Shown here one piece after another: positions 54,411-63,234 of a DNA stretch of 64,000 bases. The first letter of the stretch is position 1. Each line of letters begins with the position of its first letter. The position numbers were made by a program, and so were the translations under genes. The notes under the pieces were generated by a model. The model saw nothing but the letters and a program-made list of their open reading frames with translations. It did not search any database and was not told where the DNA came from. The DNA lies in IMG/VR virus record IMGVR_UViG_3300026493_000002; one strand, written 5' to 3'. The stretch comes from a virus (taxonomy: Duplodnaviria > Caudoviricetes).

Positions 54411-55229
54411 ATGACTACCAAATACCGCATTCGCAATCGTTCGACCCGGCAGTCCCCGGTTCGACACGTCAATCGCCTCGCCAAGTGGAAGAAGCCGCCC
54501 CTGTTGGCATCCATGACGCTGGAGCAGATCGCAAAGGCCAGCTACGGCACCGTTCTCGCTCGCGTCGTACTGTCGCCGGACTCGGCCTTCATCTGGGTGT
54601 ATCAGGTGATGGGCCGCCCGAACACCCTGAGCGGCTTCAACAGCGTGTACACGGACAATCGCCGTAATCACCTGATCCGACTGGAGACTCGCCACTACGG
54701 CGGCAAGGGTCGATTCCGTTGCGACACGCAGGTGCTGATCCCGGCTACTCTGATCGGCACGTACTACGTCGATGCCAACGTGGTCAGTCGTCAGGCTCGC
54801 AGCCGTCCCGGCAAATGCCACAGCGCGCGTGACGTGTTCAGGAACCTCAAGCCTGATGGCAGCCGTCATGACTTCGGCGGCGGTGACCTGCATCACCTGT
54901 CGTCGTTCGTTGCGCACAACCGCGTGCTGACCTTCGACAGTGCGCAGAAGGCCATTGCATCAGTGCAGCGCGCGATGCGTACCAACTACTACGCCGAGTA
55001 CGTGCGCGACGAGCAGTTGCTGGACGAAGAGGACCTGTATCCGTATCAGGTCGAGGCGCTTGATCGTCTTTCCTCCGGCTACAAGATCAACAGGATCAAT
55101 CTCGCGCCCGGTACGGGCAAGACGTTCCAGATTGAGGCCAGGGCCGAGAACGCCGCCTCTCTGGAAGAACACGAAGCCGCCATGGGCGGTATCAACGTTG
55201 AGCAGGAACTGGCGAGGACGAAGCGATGA
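54411..55229 (+). CDS. hypothetical protein ending in a helicase Q-motif/Walker A remnant
   Basis: LYPYQVEAL...NLAPGTGKTFQI near C-terminus. Confidence 0.7.
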   Translation: MTTKYRIRNRSTRQSPVRHVNRLAKWKKPPLLASMTLEQIAKASYGTVLARVVLSPDSAFIWVYQVMGRPNTLSGFNSVYTDNRRNHLIRLETRHYGGKGRFRCDTQVLIPATLIGTYYVDANVVSRQARSRPGKCHSARDVFRNLKPDGSRHDFGGGDLHHLSSFVAHNRVLTFDSAQKAIASVQRAMRTNYYAEYVRDEQLLDEEDLYPYQVEALDRLSSGYKINRINLAPGTGKTFQIEARAENAASLEEHEAAMGGINVEQELARTKR

Positions 55230-55498
55230 CCAAGGCGAAGAAGAACAGCCCGCTGCTGGAACAGGCAGCGATGAACCTTCCGAAGGACGTGGACTTCATC
55301 GACGTGATGGCGTCTGTCAGCAAGGTGACGACCGTCAACGGCGTGATCCCGTATTCGGTTGCGTTGAAGACCGATCACGCCGACAAGTACGTGCTGCATA
55401 TCGGCGTGCGTAACGCCGAGGGCGCACCCATCGTGTGGACCTCGTACCGCATGGACAACAAGGGTGGTCTCAAGGCGGTGATCAATGGCGCGGCGTAA
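55226..55498 (+). CDS. hypothetical protein
   Basis: ATGA overlap. Confidence 0.7.
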   Translation: MTKAKKNSPLLEQAAMNLPKDVDFIDVMASVSKVTTVNGVIPYSVALKTDHADKYVLHIGVRNAEGAPIVWTSYRMDNKGGLKAVINGAA

Positions 55499-56108
55499 GG
55501 ACGAAACGGAAATCGCTCCTCGTACCTACAACGTTGCGCCGTCGTATCTGGACCGCGCCCTGGGTACACGCCGTCTGGAGGCCGTGCGTGAGCGCATCAA
55601 TAGGCTGCCTCGCTTGCGTGCGCGTGGCACCAGCCTGTACAAGTTCCCGCCCGAACTCCTGCGCGAGACCTACGACATTGTGCGTACGGCTGCCGAGCGC
55701 TGGAAGGAACTTGGGTTGAAGCAGCACGAATGGCGTGCGGTGAAGGGCGCCCAGACGGCCATCGAACGCTCCGTTGATCTGGACAGCAGACTGCTGGTTC
55801 TCGGCGTGAAGCCGATCCTGCGCGGTGAGTGCCGCAAGCTCAAGGGCAATGAGGTCGTGCGGGTCTACGTGCATACGCTCGACAACCAGCCTGCGGTGTT
55901 CATGGGCAACCGCATCGAAGTAGTCCCCTTGGGCAAGTCGTTGCAGTACGAGACGCCCCAAGACCATCATCAGGTCCGTCGTGAACAGCGCGAGGCACTC
56001 ACTGCCTATGCGAAATCGGGCGGTGATCGCAAACAGCTGGAAGCCCGCCTCGGCTGGGTCAGCTACAAAATGTCGGCGCCGTCTGCGCGCAATCCATCTC
56101 AGGAGTAA
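55485..56108 (+). CDS. hypothetical basic protein
   Basis: overlapping start. Confidence 0.7.
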   Translation: MARRKDETEIAPRTYNVAPSYLDRALGTRRLEAVRERINRLPRLRARGTSLYKFPPELLRETYDIVRTAAERWKELGLKQHEWRAVKGAQTAIERSVDLDSRLLVLGVKPILRGECRKLKGNEVVRVYVHTLDNQPAVFMGNRIEVVPLGKSLQYETPQDHHQVRREQREALTAYAKSGGDRKQLEARLGWVSYKMSAPSARNPSQE

Positions 56109-56113
56109 TCGTT

Positions 56114-56968
56114 GTGACCTATGAAGCACCCACTATTCTGATGACCGTCAAGGATCGCCCGGAGTTCAACCGCGATCTGGGTCTGGCTCCGGGTCGCGCG
56201 ATGAATCGCATCATCAAGCGTGCGATCCGTATGAACAACGGCGACAAGATCCGTCTGACCTGCGGTGAAGGCTTCGACTCCTTCGGCTTCCACGCAATCG
56301 AGGTCCAGACGCCGACAGGTCTCGCCCGTGTTCTGTCGTGGCTGCACGATCAGGCTCACCTGCATCGCTACAACGAGGTGACGCCCGAACTGAACGGCCT
56401 GCTGAGTGAACTGCGTGCGCTCTCGCGTCGTACCGATATCGACATTACCGACCTGCCCTTCATCGACCTCGATATGGACGGGTTGTTCGCCGACTTCGAT
56501 CTGGCGTATCCGACGCGGTTCAAGCATCACCACCTCGAAGTGGATCGTGCGGAAATGTGGGAGCATCTGGCTACGGCCGATGACTTCTATTACACCATCC
56601 CGCTGATGCCGCACGCCTACGAGTTCTATCACTCGATCCGTGGATTCCAGCACGGCTTCCTGTCGGCCACGCGCAACAGTCTCATTGGTCGAGGCAAGCA
56701 GCACTGGCTGGATGAAGTCCTGCACGTTCCCAAGGGCCAGCTCGACGGCAGGCTGATCGCCGTTGATTGCGGTAACGGTACCACGCGGTGCAAGTCGGAC
56801 TTCATCATCCAGAACGGTCAGATCCTGATCGACGACTACGCGGAAAATATCAAGCGCTGGGAGGCGCGTGGAGGCGTTGGCATTGCGCACACCGACTTCA
56901 CGTCCACGGCACGTTCTCTGTTGCGACACCTCAAAGCTGCGGCGGATAAGCTGGCGGCGAACACATAA
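56114..56968 (+). CDS. HAD-family 5'(3')-deoxyribonucleotidase (NT5C-like) with N-terminal extension
   Basis: DLDMDGLFADF, GKQHWL, KSDF, ILIDDYAENIKRWEARGGVGI. Confidence 0.8.
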   Translation: MTYEAPTILMTVKDRPEFNRDLGLAPGRAMNRIIKRAIRMNNGDKIRLTCGEGFDSFGFHAIEVQTPTGLARVLSWLHDQAHLHRYNEVTPELNGLLSELRALSRRTDIDITDLPFIDLDMDGLFADFDLAYPTRFKHHHLEVDRAEMWEHLATADDFYYTIPLMPHAYEFYHSIRGFQHGFLSATRNSLIGRGKQHWLDEVLHVPKGQLDGRLIAVDCGNGTTRCKSDFIIQNGQILIDDYAENIKRWEARGGVGIAHTDFTSTARSLLRHLKAAADKLAANT

Positions 56969-56988
56969 CTACAACACCGAGGTAATCA

Positions 56989-57432
56989 GTGAGCAATAGC
57001 ATCGAGAAGCAACCGACCGCAGAAGGTCGCACGATGGATATCCGTCGCCCGAAGCCCAACGAGTATGGCATCTACTGCATCCAGTTGGAGTTCGGCCTCG
57101 GCGTGTTCCGTCGTCGCTACACTGCCGAAGTGCGCTCGCTTTACGACAACCATCGCGGTCTGGAATTGGTCCAGCTGGCCATCGAGTACATCTACGGCAT
57201 CCTGAGTGCCGACGACAACCTCGGTGACTCCACCTGCATCGTTCTGGAAGACAGCGAAGGCGCACGCCTTGAAGTGTGCGATGACCACGACCAGTACGAG
57301 AACTGGCTCGACGAGCTCCTTGTTTCATCGTCCATCATCGGTGTCGAGTACCGGCCGCGAGCGCGGTTCAACTACGACGACGAAATGGATATCGCCATCA
57401 CGGAGGACAGTGTCGATGCAGCCAGTACCTAA
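56989..57432 (+). CDS. hypothetical acidic protein
   Basis: GAGGT RBS. Confidence 0.75.
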   Translation: MSNSIEKQPTAEGRTMDIRRPKPNEYGIYCIQLEFGLGVFRRRYTAEVRSLYDNHRGLELVQLAIEYIYGILSADDNLGDSTCIVLEDSEGARLEVCDDHDQYENWLDELLVSSSIIGVEYRPRARFNYDDEMDIAITEDSVDAAST

Positions 57433-57880
57433 CGGACTGCTGCGTGACAAGGACATGGAGGAATCCCTCACGGGGTTCCTCTCTGAAATGGACGCCTACC
57501 GCAAAGAGAACCGACATGGCATCACGACCAGCATGTGGCTTGAAGCCGCTGACGGTCATGTGTATGTCCGCATCGGTGATCGCTTCTTCGCAGGCGACCA
57601 GCAGACCTATGTCACCATCAGCAACATCGACGTGTGGAAAGACTACCGACGTCAAGGACGTTTCCGTCGCATCATGGCTCTCGCCGAAACGTGGGCAGCC
57701 GCCCAAGGCTACGGTGTCCTCATTGAAAACGTCATGAACGGCAGCATCACTGCAATGTATCGCGGTGATCCCCATTGGGTCGAGTGGATGAATCACGGAT
57801 CCCTGTCGCTGGTCATCAGTCCCTCTTCACTGCAAAACAAGATCAAGGAGCAAGCCCCGTGTCAAAGTCCCCAAGCGTGA
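57416..57880 (+). CDS. GNAT-fold protein
   Basis: ISNIDVWKDYRRQGRFRRIM. Confidence 0.6.
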   Translation: MQPVPNGLLRDKDMEESLTGFLSEMDAYRKENRHGITTSMWLEAADGHVYVRIGDRFFAGDQQTYVTISNIDVWKDYRRQGRFRRIMALAETWAAAQGYGVLIENVMNGSITAMYRGDPHWVEWMNHGSLSLVISPSSLQNKIKEQAPCQSPQA

Positions 57881-58719
57881 AACAGATGCAGGACAAGTTG
57901 GAGAACATGCCTCTCCAGCTGACGACCTGCAGCCCCGTCTGGTGGTTCGATGAAAACCGCGTGCAGCTGATGGATCGCCTGATGATGCACCTGGCCTTCG
58001 CCACCAACAGCAAGGCATACCGCGTGGTCGATAAGACGCGGGCTCGCGCACGACCACACGCCTACCAGTACACCACGATCTACGGATTCATCGGCGAGTC
58101 GATGAAGAAGCCGGAAATGGCCAAGCTGCTGCGGGACTTCATGGACCGCATCTACGTCAGCCAGTTCTCCGCTACGCCGCTCGCGCAGATCGAATCGACC
58201 ATCGTCCACGCGCGGCAGGATCAGGGTGAGCGCATCATCCGGTTCGGCAGCGGTCTGGCCACGCCGCGTGACTACAACGAACGCAATCCGTTGCCGACCG
58301 AAGCGTGGTCGCTCTCGCGTAATCGGGTCAAGCAGCTTATCGCCCGAGCTTTCGGTCCGAGCGTCGTCACCGTCAGTGAGCGCGTGCGTAGTCTGCCGGT
58401 GTGCTACTCCCTGCCCGACGAGCGCCGCTTCCTGGTCATGACCGTCAGGCGTAAGGACTATCGTCGTCCTGGCGCCAAGCCTTTCGACAACAAGCAGATC
58501 ACCAAGTCGAAGGAGCTGGTCGATCATCTGCTGGCCCTCGGGTTCACCGGCGTACGGCGCAAGTACGTGGTCATGAAGGGTGCCTGTTCGTCGCCTCTCC
58601 TGTCCATGTACGATTCGATCCGCTATGAGTTCCCGATTGACAGCAATCTCAATCTGCTCAACTGGCGGGAGTTCCATCGTCGTCTCGCGCGAGTGCCGTC
58701 TACCGACAGCCTCTTGTAG
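57859..58719 (+). CDS. hypothetical protein
   Basis: GTG 57859 with AAGGAG RBS. Confidence 0.75.
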   Translation: MSKSPSVKQMQDKLENMPLQLTTCSPVWWFDENRVQLMDRLMMHLAFATNSKAYRVVDKTRARARPHAYQYTTIYGFIGESMKKPEMAKLLRDFMDRIYVSQFSATPLAQIESTIVHARQDQGERIIRFGSGLATPRDYNERNPLPTEAWSLSRNRVKQLIARAFGPSVVTVSERVRSLPVCYSLPDERRFLVMTVRRKDYRRPGAKPFDNKQITKSKELVDHLLALGFTGVRRKYVVMKGACSSPLLSMYDSIRYEFPIDSNLNLLNWREFHRRLARVPSTDSLL

Positions 58720-58758
58720 ACCTCGCCTGAGGACGTCAAACCCGAAATCAGTTTCACG

Positions 58759-58783
58759 GGAGCATCTGAAAAGATGCTCCTTT
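58759..58783 (+). terminator. hairpin terminator abutting promoter cassette 3
   Basis: GGAGCATCT-gaaa-AGATGCTCC + TTT. Confidence 0.6.
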
Positions 58784-58851
58784 GACGTATCTAACAGACT
58801 GTGTTATACTGTAAGTGAGTCAGCGACGACGAGTACACTGATTCGGGTTTG
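58782..58851 (+). promoter_or_regulatory. early sigma70 promoter cassette 3
   Basis: TTGACG(58782)-17 bp-TATACT(58805); ATTCGGGTTTG at 58841. Confidence 0.85.
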
Positions 58852-58886
58852 AAAAACTCCACAAAAACTACAACAGCGAGAATGCA

Positions 58887-59447
58887 ATGAATACGAACAC
58901 CAAAGAAATCGAAGCTCTGAGCATGGACGACCTTGTCGAGATTCTTGCGAAGCGCAGGGGCGGCGAAGTGATCGTGGTCGGTCCGAATGACGAAGACGAA
59001 AATACGCTGATCGTTTACGCGGACAACGGCGACACGCTCGGCACCATCACCAAGAATATGCGTCAGCGCGTTCTGAACATGACGGACACGCTTCGCCCCG
59101 AAGATAGTCCGCAGTGCCTTGAGTGGTTCTGCAATACGCGCTTCGGCGATGCGAACAGTCTGACCGACCTGATCGAGTCGGGCTTCGGCACGGGTTTCAT
59201 GGACGTGGACACCAGCAAGTATACGGTGTCAGTCGAAACGGTGATCTTCGACGGCATTCGCTGCCACCGTGTCGAAGTCCTGGAAGTGAACTACGACGAG
59301 TCGCTCGGCGACCGCGATGAAGAAGGCGATTGGGGTTTCCCGATCGGCATGGTTCCTGCACGCACGTTTGAAAACGTGAAAGAGAAGTACAGCTGCGGTG
59401 TGCTTGGTCCGATGGGCCGCGAAGTCTGGGCATTCCGCCGCAAGTAA
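58887..59447 (+). CDS. hypothetical acidic early protein
   Basis: first gene after cassette 3. Confidence 0.8.
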   Translation: MNTNTKEIEALSMDDLVEILAKRRGGEVIVVGPNDEDENTLIVYADNGDTLGTITKNMRQRVLNMTDTLRPEDSPQCLEWFCNTRFGDANSLTDLIESGFGTGFMDVDTSKYTVSVETVIFDGIRCHRVEVLEVNYDESLGDRDEEGDWGFPIGMVPARTFENVKEKYSCGVLGPMGREVWAFRRK

Positions 59448-59460
59448 TACCTGAACACGG

Positions 59461-59482
59461 GCGGTAGGCAAACGTCTACCGC
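59461..59482 (+). other. GC-rich hairpin without U-tract
   Basis: GCGGTAG/CTACCGC. Confidence 0.5.
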
Positions 59483-59529
59483 TCACTCTACAGATCCTAC
59501 AAAACTATACAACAGGATTCAGTACAGTC

Positions 59530-59949
59530 ATGGCAAAAGCAGAAGTCACCACCGTAAAGTCCGAACTGGTTGTCGTCACCCGCCGGGTCCTTGCAAACCC
59601 GACCAAGAAGGATCGTCAAGAGGCACTGATCGAACGTCTGGGCCGTTCGCGCCAGCATCGGCGCCAGTGGGTCGAACCCGAAGACGCTTCGCTCATTCTC
59701 AATCTGCACTTCGCGGTGCACAGCTACAAGCGCAACCAGCACCACGCATCTGCGACGCTGGAGATTCCGTGCAAGGGCGGTACCGACAGCTACTCCATCG
59801 CACGTTCGGCAGGCACGCGCCAGAGCGCGCTGATCCTGGTCATCCAGGAAATCGAAAACTCGATGTGGTTCCACGAGTTCAAGAAGCAAGGTGTCTACTT
59901 CCGGATCACGGGTTGTGAAATGGAAAAGCTCTACCGCGGTTACCTGTAA
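59530..59949 (+). CDS. hypothetical protein
   Basis: packed ORF. Confidence 0.75.
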   Translation: MAKAEVTTVKSELVVVTRRVLANPTKKDRQEALIERLGRSRQHRRQWVEPEDASLILNLHFAVHSYKRNQHHASATLEIPCKGGTDSYSIARSAGTRQSALILVIQEIENSMWFHEFKKQGVYFRITGCEMEKLYRGYL

Positions 59950-59970
59950 TCATCAAGGACGAAGTCTACA

Positions 59971-60066
59971 ATGTCGAAGCGAAATATTCCAATGATCGTC
60001 GCCATCGCATTCGCGGCGATCTATCTCCTGTCAGTCGTGCAAACCCGCAAGGCGGTGCGCGCATGA
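59971..60066 (+). CDS. small membrane peptide (31 aa, not in ORF track)
   Basis: MSKRNIPMIVAIAFAAIYLLSVVQTRKAVRA; AAGGA RBS; ATGA overlap with next gene. Confidence 0.6.
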   Translation: MSKRNIPMIVAIAFAAIYLLSVVQTRKAVRA

Positions 60067-60269
60067 AGGACTTCCTGCTCTACACTCTGGCGTTGCTCAC
60101 TAACGGCCGCCCGATGCACCTGCTGGACGTCAAGTTCATCGACGAAGACGGCAGGCCCGTGTTCACCTGCAGGGATCAATTCGGCCGCATGTGGTACGCC
60201 ACGGGTCGCTGGTCCACCTTCCGCGTTAAGCCGGCACCCATGCCGATCGACAACATCAAGTTCTGGTGA
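60063..60269 (+). CDS. hypothetical protein
   Basis: ATGA overlap. Confidence 0.7.
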   Translation: MKDFLLYTLALLTNGRPMHLLDVKFIDEDGRPVFTCRDQFGRMWYATGRWSTFRVKPAPMPIDNIKFW

Positions 60270-60278
60270 GGGAACGAT

Positions 60279-60551
60279 ATGACGAACACCGTGAAGAAAG
60301 AATTGGTTGACGCCGCCTTCAACGCAGCCGGAGGGCACACGCCCCAGCCGTTGACGTGGGTTCGCATGGAGCAGGGACTGGCAGCGGTCCTGCCCGAACT
60401 CGCCAAGGACGTTCCGTGCAAGCACGACCTCGCGAGAGCGAACGAGTATCTGGAGCGTATGCGCAGGTTGATCGACGCCTGCCCCGATGCTTACACGCGG
60501 CAGCAGTTGACGTTCCTGCTGGTTGACACTCAGACGGCACTCGGAGGGTGA
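60279..60551 (+). CDS. hypothetical protein
   Basis: GAGG RBS. Confidence 0.7.
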   Translation: MTNTVKKELVDAAFNAAGGHTPQPLTWVRMEQGLAAVLPELAKDVPCKHDLARANEYLERMRRLIDACPDAYTRQQLTFLLVDTQTALGG

Positions 60552-60556
60552 GAGCC

Positions 60557-60862
60557 ATGTCCAAGACCAAGACTTACGACAACATGCCGAAGCGTAGCAT
60601 CGGTAATCGTGAGGCAGTGTATCGCGCGCTGGAACTCTACGGCGCCGAGAACCTCGGCTTCCTGGTCAGCATTAGTTACAACCCGCACACCGATTGTGTC
60701 GTGTACACGGCGCTCACCAAACGTCCCAAGTGGGTGAAGCGACTGCTGAACTTCTTCCTCCAGCTGCGCCGTGTGAAGTACGAATTGGACTACGGCATCA
60801 ACGAAATCATGGACGACGTATCTCGGGGACCGATGCGGTCAGTCCTCCGGGTTGAACTGTAA
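60557..60862 (+). CDS. hypothetical protein
   Basis: ATG 60557. Confidence 0.7.
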   Translation: MSKTKTYDNMPKRSIGNREAVYRALELYGAENLGFLVSISYNPHTDCVVYTALTKRPKWVKRLLNFFLQLRRVKYELDYGINEIMDDVSRGPMRSVLRVEL

Positions 60863-60900
60863 CCGACCGCTACCACAAACTACAACAAAAGAGACTACAA

Positions 60901-61404
60901 ATGATTGACGCTATCGGCAACCTGAACGCCCGTATCAGCAGCCCTCAGATCAAACTGCTGGCTGTGATGATGGCACGCTTCGCCGGCCTGGGAATTCGCT
61001 CGGTGAAGATCGAACGCCTGGCACCGACCGAAATGGAAATGAAGGCGCTGCTGGATGCGGCACGCAACAAGGAAGGTCCGGGCGCGACCGCAACGGCGGT
61101 CAATGCCATCCGCTTCTATCTGGAATTCAACCAGACCTACGAAGCAACCCGTGCACGGCCGATCGGCACCATGATCGAAGAGTGCCTGCGAGCAGTCGAT
61201 CTGGAGCCGGACGACTACGGCGACGAAGACGATGACGGTCCGTTCCAGTTCAACGGCACGACGCTCGACGGCAAGTCCTGGCGCAAGGACAACTTCAAGT
61301 ACAACGGTCTCCAGATCATCATTCCGTTGAACTACTTCCCGGAATACGCGCACAGCGGTATCGAAGTCAACAAGATCGGCGTCTACACCTCGCTGCAGGC
61401 GTAA
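60901..61404 (+). CDS. hypothetical protein
   Basis: A-rich leader with CTACAA x2. Confidence 0.75.
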   Translation: MIDAIGNLNARISSPQIKLLAVMMARFAGLGIRSVKIERLAPTEMEMKALLDAARNKEGPGATATAVNAIRFYLEFNQTYEATRARPIGTMIEECLRAVDLEPDDYGDEDDDGPFQFNGTTLDGKSWRKDNFKYNGLQIIIPLNYFPEYAHSGIEVNKIGVYTSLQA

Positions 61405-61415
61405 GCAAACCCGAG

Positions 61416-61439
61416 CGGGTTGTTCTACGGGGCAGCCCG
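61416..61439 (+). other. 10-bp hairpin with cUACGg tetraloop
   Basis: CGGGTTGTTC-tacg-GGGCAGCCCG directly after CAAACCCGA (61406). Confidence 0.6.
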
Positions 61440-61473
61440 CTCCCTGCCAATCAAAACTCCTACAGGCACGCAC

Positions 61474-62433
61474 ATGAACACCACTACGCATCTTCGCCGC
61501 TCTGACCTCACGCACGCCTTGAGCCGCTGTACGCCGCTCGGTGTGTCGCAGACCGGCTTGAACGATCCCGAGACGGACGACTTTAGCCTCATCCTGCGTT
61601 CGCCTTCTCCGTTCAGCGCCGAATTCGAGTCCAAGTTTGTCGCCTGCATTCACGACCTGCAGCAGCGCGGCTTGGTACTCAACCTGACCTTCGCCTCGAC
61701 CGATGCCTGCCGCTTCTTGGGCTTCAACATCATCAAGATCGACGTACTCGCCGAGTTCAATCCGGGTTTCGTCCGCCAGGAAGATGACGACACGTGGATC
61801 GAACTGGACGAAGCTGCTGTAGGCGAACTGATCGAAGCACTGGTTCGCAACGAATACAGCCGCGACTGCACGACAAGCGTGGTGTTTGACCACGACACCA
61901 TCATGGTCACCGTTGAGCGCACGCGCGCTCCGTTGAACATCGACAATGACGAATACCTCAAGGCCCAGCTCATGACCCATATGCAGAAGATCCACCCGAA
62001 CACCGAAGCCGTTGCGCCCCGCGCCAACACCACCATGTATCGCATCCCGCGCAAGGACAGCAACGTGGGCGCGCTGATCGAACGCATCGTCGGTGATGCA
62101 GTGCCTGCCGATGCCGGTCCGACGCAGGCATTCAACGTTCTGCTGACGGCGATGGGCAAGCCGCACCTGTCCAAGATCAAGATGGACTACAACTACGACC
62201 GTCATGGTTACGACTTCGGGTTTTCGACCTACGACTCCTGCCTGAACGCCACCGAAGACACGCTGCGCACGGCCCTCGAAGGCATCGGCCTCAAGGACTG
62301 CGCGGTCAAGGTCAATCACACCAAGCGTCGCCTGCCGCACGTGCGCAATGCCTTCACCGACATTCGCGTGTTCGTGCCGACTGCGAGCAACGCCGGCATG
62401 GTGCGTAACACCAGCGGTGACGCCAATGAGTGA
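61474..62433 (+). CDS. hypothetical protein
   Basis: ATG 61474. Confidence 0.75.
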   Translation: MNTTTHLRRSDLTHALSRCTPLGVSQTGLNDPETDDFSLILRSPSPFSAEFESKFVACIHDLQQRGLVLNLTFASTDACRFLGFNIIKIDVLAEFNPGFVRQEDDDTWIELDEAAVGELIEALVRNEYSRDCTTSVVFDHDTIMVTVERTRAPLNIDNDEYLKAQLMTHMQKIHPNTEAVAPRANTTMYRIPRKDSNVGALIERIVGDAVPADAGPTQAFNVLLTAMGKPHLSKIKMDYNYDRHGYDFGFSTYDSCLNATEDTLRTALEGIGLKDCAVKVNHTKRRLPHVRNAFTDIRVFVPTASNAGMVRNTSGDANE

Positions 62434-63217
62434 TTCCGTACGGCAACGCTACGGGTTTGTCGACCACATGCCGACGCGCTCGGACATGGCCGGCATCATC
62501 CAGAAAGCCTATCGCGGCGTGACTGGGATTCACTACACTGGGTATACGCTCGCCGACCAGTGCGTGTGGCGCTTCCACGATGAAAACGGCAATCTGCCGT
62601 CGCAGGAACAGATGAAGGTGTTGCGACTGCTGGTGCGTGACCTCCGCGATCTGGGCTTCGACGGCGTCAGGTCATCGACAGTTCGCAAGCCAGCAGGCCC
62701 GAACAACAACGGGTTCTTCGAGGTCAGGATTCACATCGAAGCAAACCCGAGCCTGTCGATTGTCAACGGCAAGCCCACGAGAACGGCAGTTCGCAAAACG
62801 CACGCTGACCTGATTGTGGATGAACTGGTGGGTGAGCCGGTGCAGACCTATCGTGCGTTGCATGATCGTGTGCAGAAGGTCGATCCGCAGATGACGTCCT
62901 CGCAGTGGTCCAATGCGATTCGCTGGCTCACCACCCACAACATCATCGTCAGCATCGAGGTGATCGTGCCTGACCCGACTCATGGCGCGGACAAGGCAGG
63001 GCTGCGCCTTATCGTGCTGGAGTCGGTCCGGATGACGGTCAAGAATAATGCCAAGCGTGAAGTTCGTCTGACCCAGATCCTGGAAGCCGGCCAAGCGGCC
63101 CTCGCCGATAATGTGCGAAATGGCGGCAAGATCAAGAACGACCCGGACCGCGGACGCATAATGGCCGAGCGGGATCGTGTCTCCGAAGCGCGAGCGCGTG
63201 GACGTAACGCAGGCTAA
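62426..63217 (+). CDS. hypothetical protein, possible winged helix in the middle
   Basis: ATG 62426 overlapping upstream gene. Confidence 0.7.
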   Translation: MSDSVRQRYGFVDHMPTRSDMAGIIQKAYRGVTGIHYTGYTLADQCVWRFHDENGNLPSQEQMKVLRLLVRDLRDLGFDGVRSSTVRKPAGPNNNGFFEVRIHIEANPSLSIVNGKPTRTAVRKTHADLIVDELVGEPVQTYRALHDRVQKVDPQMTSSQWSNAIRWLTTHNIIVSIEVIVPDPTHGADKAGLRLIVLESVRMTVKNNAKREVRLTQILEAGQAALADNVRNGGKIKNDPDRGRIMAERDRVSEARARGRNAG

Positions 63218-63227
63218 TAAGCCAAAA

Positions 63228-63234
63228 CTGTAAA
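63228..63234 (+). promoter_or_regulatory. CTGTAAA motif
   Basis: intergenic before HU-like gene. Confidence 0.5.

Noticed and set aside
3976-62340. Long minus-strand ORFs (e.g. 3976-5238, 6436-8139, 21311-22723, 34783-36447, 60895-62340)
   Set aside because: They mirror + strand genes almost end to end, as expected from strong GC3 bias; no RBS or recognisable motifs.
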